Positions 10,601-19,070 of a stretch of 64,000 nt of DNA are shown here, in pieces (position 1 is the stretch's first letter; each line of letters begins with the position of its first letter). This DNA comes from Bacteroidales bacterium (GTDB taxonomy: Bacteria > Bacteroidota > Bacteroidia > Bacteroidales > GCA-2748055): positions 10,617-74,616 of the forward strand of contig JBBDIE010000151.1 in NCBI GenBank assembly GCA_040880545.1. The letters run 5' to 3'. The position numbers were made by a program, and so were the translations under genes. The notes under the pieces were generated by a model. The model made no database searches. It was not told the DNA's origin and worked only from the letters and a program-made list of their open reading frames with translations.

Positions 10601-10670
10601 CCAGTAGGAAACTGATAATACCTATCAGTAGTATGGGGGATACTTTCTTTAAAAGAAATGGTTTTTTCAT
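7659..10670 (-). CDS. SusC/RagA-family TonB-dependent outer-membrane transporter
   Basis: It has a signal peptide and a carboxypeptidase-regulatory-like N-domain (ITGMVKDAETNEPLTGVNVTV..TNADGNYS). The plug region reads LDEVVVVGYGTMKRSDLTGAVSSI. It is 1003 aa and ends in a terminal aromatic residue (..GANFTF). Confidence 0.92.
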   Translation of the reverse strand: MKKPFLLKKVSPILLIGIISFLLVRPASAQDREITGMVKDAETNEPLTGVNVTVTGTTTGTITNADGNYSIMASAGDTLHFSYIGYLEVYREVTDQTKINLALNPSVETLDEVVVVGYGTMKRSDLTGAVSSIREEDIATTRSTNVIEALQGKVAGLDMVRSSGEAGSGYDILLRGARSLTASNEPIYIVDGIDYGSNVNINPNDIASMEVLKDASSTAIYGSRGANGVILITTKKGEAGKQVISFNTYYGITTPLGSVPLGDADYFLRMTRDFLRTTRPNYDWDTPDDEIDVGPGLSARENEGYDAGNDFDWVDAQMEDFGTQQDYHLSVSGGDKILKYAVSMNHMVEDNFIPNDHYKRYSLKVNLNSQVNDWLSLGNSTFLANSNRIDGNGINYNMNPLTPAYDSTGNLVPEPDDRAPFENPLIDQDPDNYLNEIIQTDLFSTLYAQLDLFEGFSFRSSINVNLGFNRDGYFQGEYVGIDRLSEANITMTSDYKWTFQNILTYDKYFGDHHLILTGATETVASKTESSYQGATDLLLGNSWWWSLTSGQQDILIAPPGDESFLQLIENQLASFIGRMHYGFQGKYLVTLTGRYDGASQLAEKWAFFPSASIAWRLSEESFMDNLDAISNLKLRFGYGKTGNQSVDPYAALGSIIRTPLYYEFGTNPHLGYRTGFLDNPDLTWETTTAQNLGIDFGLFRNRISGTIELYKTHTEDLLQNRTLPPTSAVPEITQNIGKTKNQGVEVTLRTVNIRTNNFNWSTDITFAANTEEITFLVGGVEQDIGNGWFVGHPVGVFYDFDKTGIWQLDEEEDASLYGRQPGDLKQRDVNNDTIINDQDRLILGSPRPKWTAGINSTMRYKGFDLTVFIYARIGHMVRDNIELQWAPDRRENSMERDYWTPNNPINTYPRLNPGLTRSGWSEATVLTYKDGSYIKIRDVTLGYTLPTDFTQNAYIKSLRLYVTLKNYFAFGEYFRQGRYDPEYRGALGKPIPKMAAVGANFTF

Positions 10671-11140
10671 TTTATCAGTTTTAGGGTAGTTTAATTTGTA
10701 GTGATTTAATAAATATTTTTTATTGTATCAAATTAGGTTTGAATTTCAAAACGTATGTTTAAAAATTGGTATAAAGGGAGCGTAATATTATCATTGACAT
10801 GGTTAAATGTATGTAATTCCATTTGTCTCCAAGACGAATATGAGCGGTTTTTCTTTTTCCCTGAATGCAACAAAAACCAAGCTCATAAAGACGCTTATCT
10901 CCGGGATTCATGGTCAGGTCTGCTCTCAAAACGTCGGGTTGGGATACACTGGAGTTCTGTTTCACTGCATTCCATTTTATAATGATTATTCAAACGGTTC
11001 ATGGATACAAAGATGTGTTGGCCTTTTTTCTGCCTTGGAGTAATAATTGGTATAAAGTTACCGGATAATTAACACAAAATGAAAGCTATAGTTATCTGGG
11101 TGCAAATAATTCTTATCTTGGATTAAGAATTTTGCATGCT

Positions 11141-12109
11141 ATGAGAACTTTTTTTTTATTGTGGCTTTGCGTTGGAATCTTTGCTGATCTTCAGGCTCAA
11201 GCGGGAGACTATTATGATTTCGTGGTCGCCCGGGATGGGTCGGGGGACTTCCGTACCATCCAGGAAGCCTTTAATGCGGTGCCCCATCTTCGGAAGGAGC
11301 GCACACGCATCCTTATCAAAAAGGGAACCTACAAGGAAAAATTAATCCTTCCCACTACCAAAACAATGGTTAGCATTATCGGTGAGGATGTAGATAGTAC
11401 GATCGTAACATATGACGATTATGCCTCCCGGAAGAACAGGTTCGGGGAGGAGATCGGAACCTCGGGCTCATCAGGTTTCTTTGTTTTTGGAGATGACTTT
11501 AGAGCCAGGGACATTACTTTCTCAAATACCGCCGGGAATGTTGGGCAGGCGGTGGCTGTGAGGATTGATGGCGACAGGGTGGTATTTGAGAATTGTCGTT
11601 TCCTGGGCTTTCAGGATACATTGTACCCCCATGGAAAAGAGAGCCGGCAATACTATCGGAACTGTTACATTGAAGGGACTGTTGATTTCATCTTTGGCTG
11701 GTCCACAGCCCTTTTTGAGAATTGTACCATTCATTGCAAAAAAAGGGGTTATATCACTGCAGCTTCTACTCCCGAAGAGTCTTCATATGGCTTTGTATTT
11801 CTGCATTGCAAAATCACCGGAAATGCGGAAGATGACAGCTTTTATCTGGGCAGACCATGGAGGTCCCATGCAAATGTAGTTTTTATCCATTGTGAGATGG
11901 GACCGCATATAAAGAGTGAAGGTTGGCACAATTGGAACAAGCCGGAATATGAAAAAACCGCCTTTTACGCCGAATATGGCTCCCACGGTGAGGGTGCCGA
12001 TCCCGCTGCAAGGGTTCCCTGGTCCCGGCAATTAACGCCGGAAAAAGCAAAGCAGTACACTCCCGTCAATATACTGGGTGAGTGGGTAAAAGATTTAGAT
12101 TCTAATTAA
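11141..12109 (+). CDS. Pectinesterase (carbohydrate esterase family 8)
   Basis: CE8 motifs are present: GDFRTIQEAFNAVP, GQAVAVRIDGDR, FLGFQDTLY, GTVDFIFG and YLGRPW. The listed start at 11132 is TTG. The ATG at 11141 (MRTFFLLWLCVG.. signal peptide) is preferred. Confidence 0.9.
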   Translation: MRTFFLLWLCVGIFADLQAQAGDYYDFVVARDGSGDFRTIQEAFNAVPHLRKERTRILIKKGTYKEKLILPTTKTMVSIIGEDVDSTIVTYDDYASRKNRFGEEIGTSGSSGFFVFGDDFRARDITFSNTAGNVGQAVAVRIDGDRVVFENCRFLGFQDTLYPHGKESRQYYRNCYIEGTVDFIFGWSTALFENCTIHCKKRGYITAASTPEESSYGFVFLHCKITGNAEDDSFYLGRPWRSHANVVFIHCEMGPHIKSEGWHNWNKPEYEKTAFYAEYGSHGEGADPAARVPWSRQLTPEKAKQYTPVNILGEWVKDLDSN

Positions 12110-12113
12110 TCCA

Positions 12114-14789
12114 ATGATGAAACCATTACGAATCATAATCATCCAGATGTTCCTTTCCATCCTTTCGATCTGGAGTCTTTTTGCCAGGCCGGATACCTCG
12201 GTGAACGATTCGGTTCTCTATTCCCGGGAAATGCCCTATTCCATTATGCAGCGTAATCCGGAGCGATACGGGCAATGGGACTATGTGACAGGTACAGTAT
12301 TAAAGGCTTTCCAGGAATTATGGCTTGTTACCGGGGAACAGGTATATTTTGACTATGTAAGACAGACTGTTGATGCCGTAGTAGATGAGAATGGCCATAT
12401 CAGGGACTACCGGATGGCCGATTACAATATTGATGAGATCAGGGAGGGAAGCGCTCTGCTATTTCTTTATCGCTATACCGGAGATGAGAAGTACCTCCTC
12501 GCCGCCGGTCATTTAAGGCAACAGATGCGGGAACATCCCCGTACCAGTGAAGGAGGGTTCTGGCATAAGGACCGTTATCCTCATCAGATGTGGCTTGACG
12601 GGCTCTATATGGCGAGTCCGTTTTTGGCAGAATACGGGCTTATGTTTGATGAGCCTGCGCTTTTTGATGATGTAGTTAACCAAATCGTGCTGGTGGACCA
12701 GTATACCTATGATACTTTGAATGGCCTTTATTATCATGGTTGGGATGAAACCAGGTCGCAGGAATGGGCTGACTCAATTACGGGACAGTCGCCAAGTTTC
12801 TGGGGAAGGGCTATGGGCTGGTATGGAATGGCCATGGTTGATGTTCTTGATTATCTTCCTGAGGAACATCCGGGAAGAAACCAGGTAATAGATATCCTGC
12901 AGAAATTCGCTAATGGGATCATTCCTTATCAGGACAGTTCCGGGGTATGGTGGCAGGTCCTGGATCAGCCCGGGAAGGAGGGCAACTATAAGGAATCGTC
13001 TGTTTCCGCGATGTTCGTTTACGCTATTGCCAAGGCGATCAGGCTCGGGTATATTACAGAACCGGCTCTCTCATATTTTCAGAAAGCATACGAGGGGATT
13101 CTGGAAGAGTTTATTACCAAAAATGACGATGGGACATTCAATCTGACGCATACCTGTAAAAGCGCCGGACTAGGATATGGAAGGGACGGTTCCTACGAAT
13201 ATTACGTCTATACGGCCACACACAGAGAGAATGATGGGAAAGGCCTGGGGCCCTTCATTCTTGCGGCACTTGAAATGGAAAACACGTTCTTTCCACCTTC
13301 CAATCTCCGGGTAAATTCAATCGCTGCGGACAGCATCAGTCTGAGCTGGCGGGACAATAGCTCGCTGGAAACAGGATTGTTGTTGGAGCGCCACCGCAAT
13401 GGAGTGGCAGACAACTCGGTATTGTTTCCCCAGGATCAGACAGAATATACCGATCGGGATTTTCTTCCTTATACAAGCTATCGATACCATCTTAAGGCAT
13501 TCAATGCATCAGATACTACGCTTTTTGTCAGCTCACGGACGATAACCACCCTGGGTCCGGAAGGTCAGCCTGCTTTTGCTACAAATCCCTCGCCTGCGAC
13601 AGGTGAAGAAGGGGTACAAACGGATGTGGTTCTTGAGTGGCAGGCTGGTCAGGGTACTGATTCCCACGATCTCTATCTTGGAACCAGCTCTCCGCCACCT
13701 TATATAGACAATCTGACCGAAAACCGTTATCTGTTCTCCGGACTTGATTATCAAACTACTTATTACTGGAGGGTAGATGAAGTCAATTCACAGGGAATAA
13801 CCCAGGGAGAGGAATGGAGTTTTACTACATTGGCAGCGCCGCAAATGGTGGGACACTGGACGTTTAATGAGCTGACCGGAACCGTGGTTGAGGATGTAAC
13901 TCCCTTCGGGAATCATGGAATGGTGATCGGGATGGATGAAACAAACCGGCAGGAGGGAATCGATGAACAAGCGCTCTTTTTTAACGGGATCGATCAGTAT
14001 GTGAAGGTTCCGCATACCAAACTGCATAATTTTGATGATTCGGATTTTTCCCTCTCATTTTGGTTCAGGCAGGACCCGGACCTGGTCGATCCGGGCAAGG
14101 AGTACCGTTACCTGATTAAAGGATCCCACGAAAGGGATGCCGGGTCAGGTCAGACAGGAAAACGGTATGAGGTCTTCCTGAACCCGGCCTCCGCAGAGTT
14201 TCGGTTTTCCATCGATGATGATATTACCAAAAGTGTATTAAGTTTAGATATGGCTGATTTTGTGACAGGCAAATGGGTTCATGTTGTGGCTGTTCGAGAC
14301 AGACAGGAAGGCTTATTGAAACTATACAAGAACGGGATGTTTCAATCAGCCGTTGTAGATCATACGGGTAATATCTCCCAGGAGGAAGATCTCTATTTCG
14401 GTTTTTGCAAGGATTTCGGATCCCATTTTCACGGGTTCCTGGATGATGTAAGAATTTATAATTATCCGCTTAATCTCGAACAAGCGGATGCCATCTATTG
14501 GGAGTTCGAAGGACTTTCTGTAGAATCCGATCCAGGACCAACAGCAGATTTAGTGAAAGTCTACCCGCTACCGCTGAGCAATAGACTTTACCTGGAGTTT
14601 CGCGATCCCGGCGTGGAAAAGACTGACATAATTTTATACGGTATTACCGGAAGTGTGGTTTGCAGATGGAAGATTCAACCAGGTTATCAGAGAACCTTAA
14701 TGCTGGACACATCTTCAATCCTACCAGGGAATTACATTCTGCAGATTAGAACTCCGGACTGGAACTCTCAGCACCGGGTAGTGAAATAA
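12114..14789 (+). CDS. GH105/GH88-type unsaturated rhamnogalacturonyl (glucuronyl) hydrolase fused to Fn3-like domains, a LamG (concanavalin-like) domain and a T9SS CTD
   Basis: N-terminal domain motifs are WDYVTGTVLKA, YNIDEIREGSALLFLY and RTSEGGFWHKDRYPHQMWLDGLYMASPFLAEYG. The LamG-like part reads LFFNGIDQYVKVPH..FSLSFWF..KWVHVVAVRD..LDDVRIYNYPL. The CTD is VKVYPLPLSNRLYLEF..GNYILQIRT. Confidence 0.8.
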   Translation: MMKPLRIIIIQMFLSILSIWSLFARPDTSVNDSVLYSREMPYSIMQRNPERYGQWDYVTGTVLKAFQELWLVTGEQVYFDYVRQTVDAVVDENGHIRDYRMADYNIDEIREGSALLFLYRYTGDEKYLLAAGHLRQQMREHPRTSEGGFWHKDRYPHQMWLDGLYMASPFLAEYGLMFDEPALFDDVVNQIVLVDQYTYDTLNGLYYHGWDETRSQEWADSITGQSPSFWGRAMGWYGMAMVDVLDYLPEEHPGRNQVIDILQKFANGIIPYQDSSGVWWQVLDQPGKEGNYKESSVSAMFVYAIAKAIRLGYITEPALSYFQKAYEGILEEFITKNDDGTFNLTHTCKSAGLGYGRDGSYEYYVYTATHRENDGKGLGPFILAALEMENTFFPPSNLRVNSIAADSISLSWRDNSSLETGLLLERHRNGVADNSVLFPQDQTEYTDRDFLPYTSYRYHLKAFNASDTTLFVSSRTITTLGPEGQPAFATNPSPATGEEGVQTDVVLEWQAGQGTDSHDLYLGTSSPPPYIDNLTENRYLFSGLDYQTTYYWRVDEVNSQGITQGEEWSFTTLAAPQMVGHWTFNELTGTVVEDVTPFGNHGMVIGMDETNRQEGIDEQALFFNGIDQYVKVPHTKLHNFDDSDFSLSFWFRQDPDLVDPGKEYRYLIKGSHERDAGSGQTGKRYEVFLNPASAEFRFSIDDDITKSVLSLDMADFVTGKWVHVVAVRDRQEGLLKLYKNGMFQSAVVDHTGNISQEEDLYFGFCKDFGSHFHGFLDDVRIYNYPLNLEQADAIYWEFEGLSVESDPGPTADLVKVYPLPLSNRLYLEFRDPGVEKTDIILYGITGSVVCRWKIQPGYQRTLMLDTSSILPGNYILQIRTPDWNSQHRVVK

Positions 14790-14940
14790 TCAGAAAAAAA
14801 GACCAATTATTTTCCCGGATATTAACCGTCAAGCTTGATTGTTTCTTTAGAAGAACCCCTTCATCATTGAGATAATTTTATCAGCGGCATTTGCGAGCTC
14901 GTTGTGCTCAGAAAGAGACCTGCAGTATCTATTTTTTCTG

Positions 14941-14948
14941 TAAGTTTG
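14941..14948 (+). promoter_or_regulatory. Candidate Bacteroidota -7 promoter element (TAnnTTTG) for mfd
   Basis: TAAGTTTG lies 19 nt upstream of the ATG at 14967. I saw no clear -33 TTTG at canonical spacing. Confidence 0.35.
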
Positions 14949-14966
14949 CACCCACAAGAAAAGTCC

Positions 14967-17900
14967 ATGTTTCAAAATCCATATGCAGGACATCCTTTCA
15001 CCCCTGAGATCGTGCAGTCCTTGCATGACAAGGGGAGCGTTATATTACACCTGAAAGGATTATCCGGTTCATCAAAAGCTGCCTTATTCCAGGCTGTTGT
15101 TTCAGAATTAAAGGGCAATCACCTGATACTTTTCCATGACAAGGAGGAAGCTGCATATTTTTACACCGACCTGGTGAGCCTGGAAGGGAACCCGGACCGT
15201 ACACTCTTTTTTCCCTCCTCCTACAAACGATCGGTCCAGTACAAGCAGACTGATGAGGCTAATATCATAACGCGCACACAGACCCTGAAAAGGCTGAACG
15301 AACAACGCGTCTCCAGTTTTATCATCTCCTATGCCGAAGCATTGCTGGAGCGTGTACTCACACGGGCAGAACTGGGGCGGCACACACTGGAAATAAAAAC
15401 CGGGGAGAACCTCACCATGGATTTTCTTGAGGAGGTGCTTGAAACCTATCATTTCCAGCTTGTTGATTTTGTGTACGAACCGGGACAGTACGCCATCAGG
15501 GGTGGAATTGTGGATATTTTCTCTTACTCTTCAAGCCATCCGTATCGTATCGATTTTTTCGGGGATGAGATTGAATCCATCCGGGTTTTTGATGTGGAAA
15601 CACAGCGGTCAAGCGAGCAGCTAAAACGTGTATCGGTCATTCCAAACGTGCAGTGGGAGCAGGATCTTGGAGAAAAGCGGGTCTCGTTCCTTGAGTTCAT
15701 CCCTTCAAATACCATTGTCTGGCTCGATGACCTGGATCTGATCATGGATCACATGCGTGATATTTACGACCGCACAGAGATCAACAATTCAGGGGATTCA
15801 ACACTTGTCAAGGATGAATTACTTGTCCGTGCGCAATTGATCAGGGATAACCTGGAAAAGTTTACCCGGGTTGAATTCACACGTCCTGTACTGGGAAACC
15901 CTGCGGGGGATTGGCGCTTCAATACGGAACCTCAGCCCTCTTTTAATAAAGATTTTACGCTCCTTACCAGGATCCTCACGGAAAACAGCGATGCAGGACT
16001 GGAAAATTTCATTCTTTCGGAAAGCAAGGGACAACTGGAAAGACTACGCGCCATATTTGAGGAGATCAATCCCGGTCTTACCTACCAGGAAGCCTCTGTA
16101 ACGCTCCACGAGGGGTTTATAGAAAAGGATATGCAAGTGGCTATTTACACGGACCACCAGATATTTGACAGGTATCACAAATTCAGGTTGCACGACCGTT
16201 TTACAAAGAAGGAGGCGCTTTCCATCAAAGAGTTGTCGGGATTAAGTCCCGGCGATTACGTGGTACATACTGATCACGGAATAGGCCAGTTTGGTGGATT
16301 GGAAAGAATAGATGTCAACGGAAGGAAACAGGAGGCGGTACGGCTGGTTTACAAAGATAATGATGTGCTCTTTGTAAATATCCATTCGTTACACAAGATC
16401 TCCAAGTACAAGGGAAAAGAGGGTCAGGCGCCCAGGGTATACAAACTTGGAACGGGCACCTGGCAAAAACTGAAGCAGAAAACCAAAAACAAGGTCAGGG
16501 ATATTGCAGGAGAACTGATCGCATTGTACGCCAAACGCAGGGAGCAGGAAGGATTTTCATTTTCGCCAGACACTTATCTTCAGCGGGAACTGGAGGCATC
16601 ATTTATATACGAAGATACCCCTGACCAGTTAAAAGCAACCAACGATTTCAAGGGAGGTATGGAGGCCAGGTTCCCAATGGACAGGCTGATTTGCGGTGAT
16701 GTGGGTTTCGGGAAAACCGAGGTGGCCATCAGGGCAGCCTTCAAAGCAGTAAGCGACAGCAAACAAGTGGCAGTACTGGTTCCCACAACCATCCTTGCTT
16801 TCCAGCATTTCAACACCTTTAAAAAACGACTGGAAGAGTTCCCCAGTTCAGTAGACTATATCAGCCGATTCAGGACCTCTGCTGAACAGACCAAAATATT
16901 GAAACAGCTGAAAGAGGGATCCCTTGATATTATTATAGGCACCCATAAACTTGTAAGTCAGCATGTTAAATTTAAGGACCTGGGGTTGCTGATTATCGAC
17001 GAAGAACAGAAATTCGGAGTAGCAGTAAAGGAAAAACTGAAACAGATTAAATTAAACGTCGATACCCTTACACTGACGGCAACCCCCATACCCAGAACAC
17101 TGCAATTCTCACTCATGGGTGCAAGGGATCTTTCCATTATTAATACACCACCCCCCAACAGGCACCCGATCATTACCGAACTCCACCCTTTTAATGAAGA
17201 GATCATCAGGGAGGCCATTGAATATGAAGTCAGCAGGGGCGGACAGGTATTTTTTATCCATAACAGGATACAGAATATCAACGAGGTTAAACAGATGGTT
17301 GACAAACTGGTTCCCAATATCCGCTCTGTTATTGCACATGGCCAGATGGAAGGAAAGCAGTTGGAAAATGTGATGCTGGGGTTCATGACAGGCGATTATG
17401 ACGTGCTCATTGCCACCTCCATTATCGAATCGGGACTCGATATTCCCAATACCAATACAATAATTATCAACAATGCACATCACTTCGGATTGAGTGATTT
17501 GCATCAGCTCAGGGGCAGGGTGGGACGCTCCAATAAAAAGGCATTCTGTTACCTTTTTGCGCCCCATATCACCTTGCTTACACCAGAGGCCCGGCGACGC
17601 TTAAGATCCCTCGAAGAGTATTCCGGACTGGGAAGCGGATTCAATATTGCCATGCAGGATTTGGACATCCGGGGAGCGGGAAATCTCCTGGGTGCAGAGC
17701 AAAGTGGTTTCATTGCTGACATCGGATTTGAAACCTATCATAAAATCCTGAATGAGGCCATACAAGAGTTGAAAGATGGCGTTTTTGCCGATCTTTTCCG
17801 GGAGGAAAAAACAGATCCGGCACTCCCCCCAAAGAATTTTGCAAGCGATTGCCACATCGATACCGACCTCGAATTGCTGTTCCCGGAAAAATACATAGCA

Positions 17901-18299
17901 AACATCTCGGAACGCATGAACCTTTATCGCGAACTGGACAATATTAAGACCGAAGAAGAGCTGGAAAATTTCAGACAGATGCTTCACGACAGGTTCGGCC
18001 CCCTCCCACAACAAGCAGGGGAATTACTGAACGTGGTAAAACTCCGCTGGCTGGCGATGCAAACAGGTGTTGAAAAGATTATTTTGAAAAATAACGTATT
18101 GATTGCGTACTTTGTATCAAGTCCGGAATCATATTTTTACCGTTCGGATGTTTTCACCATGATCATCGGTAACATCCAGCGTAATCCAAAATTATTCAGG
18201 ATGAGGCAGGATAAGGACCGGTTAAGTTTCAGGGTGAATAACACAGGATCAGTAGAAAAAATATTTACAATATTTGAACAATTGACAGCCGGTGGATAG
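14967..18299 (+). CDS. mfd: Transcription-repair coupling factor
   Basis: The CarD/RNAP-interaction region reads GDYVVHTDHGIGQFGGL. Helicase motifs are GDVGFGKTEVA, DEEQKFG, LTLTATPIPRTL and QLRGRVGRS. It is about 1110 aa. The listed start at 14904 is GTG, and the ATG at 14967 (MFQNPYAGHPF) is preferred. Confidence 0.93.
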   Translation: MFQNPYAGHPFTPEIVQSLHDKGSVILHLKGLSGSSKAALFQAVVSELKGNHLILFHDKEEAAYFYTDLVSLEGNPDRTLFFPSSYKRSVQYKQTDEANIITRTQTLKRLNEQRVSSFIISYAEALLERVLTRAELGRHTLEIKTGENLTMDFLEEVLETYHFQLVDFVYEPGQYAIRGGIVDIFSYSSSHPYRIDFFGDEIESIRVFDVETQRSSEQLKRVSVIPNVQWEQDLGEKRVSFLEFIPSNTIVWLDDLDLIMDHMRDIYDRTEINNSGDSTLVKDELLVRAQLIRDNLEKFTRVEFTRPVLGNPAGDWRFNTEPQPSFNKDFTLLTRILTENSDAGLENFILSESKGQLERLRAIFEEINPGLTYQEASVTLHEGFIEKDMQVAIYTDHQIFDRYHKFRLHDRFTKKEALSIKELSGLSPGDYVVHTDHGIGQFGGLERIDVNGRKQEAVRLVYKDNDVLFVNIHSLHKISKYKGKEGQAPRVYKLGTGTWQKLKQKTKNKVRDIAGELIALYAKRREQEGFSFSPDTYLQRELEASFIYEDTPDQLKATNDFKGGMEARFPMDRLICGDVGFGKTEVAIRAAFKAVSDSKQVAVLVPTTILAFQHFNTFKKRLEEFPSSVDYISRFRTSAEQTKILKQLKEGSLDIIIGTHKLVSQHVKFKDLGLLIIDEEQKFGVAVKEKLKQIKLNVDTLTLTATPIPRTLQFSLMGARDLSIINTPPPNRHPIITELHPFNEEIIREAIEYEVSRGGQVFFIHNRIQNINEVKQMVDKLVPNIRSVIAHGQMEGKQLENVMLGFMTGDYDVLIATSIIESGLDIPNTNTIIINNAHHFGLSDLHQLRGRVGRSNKKAFCYLFAPHITLLTPEARRRLRSLEEYSGLGSGFNIAMQDLDIRGAGNLLGAEQSGFIADIGFETYHKILNEAIQELKDGVFADLFREEKTDPALPPKNFASDCHIDTDLELLFPEKYIANISERMNLYRELDNIKTEEELENFRQMLHDRFGPLPQQAGELLNVVKLRWLAMQTGVEKIILKNNVLIAYFVSSPESYFYRSDVFTMIIGNIQRNPKLFRMRQDKDRLSFRVNNTGSVEKIFTIFEQLTAGG

Positions 18300-18317
18300 T
18301 AAATCATTCAAAATAAT

Positions 18318-19070
18318 ATGCCAATGAACCTGGTAATAGACCTGGGAAACAGCTTCGCCAAAATAGCTGTCTGTGAAGGATCTGAGATCATCGAAAGTGC
18401 AGTCTCTGAAAAATTGTCCAACAAGGAAATTGCCTACTTTATTTCCAGTTATAAACCCCTGAATGGGGCCATCTTTTCAAGTGTGGTGAACCATTCCAGG
18501 GAACTGATCGATTACCTGGATGCCACCTTCGACAACTTCCTTGAACTGACGCACAATACCCCCCTTCCCCTGAAAAACCTGTACATAACCAAGGAAACAC
18601 TCGGTTTTGACCGGATTGCGGCCGTTACCGGTGCACATACTATTTTTCCGGAACAGAACGTTTTGGTTATAGATGCGGGAACAGCAATTACATTTGACGT
18701 GATAACAGCAACAGCCGAATATATCGGGGGGAATATATCTCCCGGTTTGAATATGCGTTTTAAAGCGCTTCATAAGTTTACCAGCAGACTACCTTACCTT
18801 TCTCCGGATGAGGAAGCTGTCAGGTTACTCGGCAAAACCACAGACGAAGCGATTATTTCCGGAGTTATCAATGGCCTGCTCTATGAGATAGATGGTTATA
18901 TATCAGGCATTTCCCGGATTCATAAAAACCTGAAGGTGGTCTTAACCGGAGGAGATGCAAATTCTTTTGATAAAAGGCTAAAAAATAGCATCTTTGTGGT
19001 CTCGCATCTGAACCTGATAGGATTAAACAGAATTTTAGACTACAATGCGCAAAACAAAAATTCGAATTAG
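18318..19070 (+). CDS. coaX: Type III pantothenate kinase
   Basis: Motifs are NLVIDLGNSFAK, FDRIAAVTGA, VIDAGTAITFDV and GGNISPG. The start could be 18318 or 18324. Confidence 0.88.
   Translation: MPMNLVIDLGNSFAKIAVCEGSEIIESAVSEKLSNKEIAYFISSYKPLNGAIFSSVVNHSRELIDYLDATFDNFLELTHNTPLPLKNLYITKETLGFDRIAAVTGAHTIFPEQNVLVIDAGTAITFDVITATAEYIGGNISPGLNMRFKALHKFTSRLPYLSPDEEAVRLLGKTTDEAIISGVINGLLYEIDGYISGISRIHKNLKVVLTGGDANSFDKRLKNSIFVVSHLNLIGLNRILDYNAQNKNSN

Noticed and set aside
10755-11043. Three overlapping 68-78-aa ORFs in the susC/pectinesterase divergent spacer.
   Set aside because: They have no signal, no motifs and no RBS or promoter logic. They are mutually overlapping on both strands, so I treated the interval as regulatory DNA (see the 13-bp repeat finding).
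14904-14966. A GTG-initiated 21-codon N-terminal extension of mfd in the ORF track.
   Set aside because: The ATG at 14967 gives a normal Mfd N-terminus. It is preceded by a TAAGTTTG promoter-like element that would fall inside the extension.
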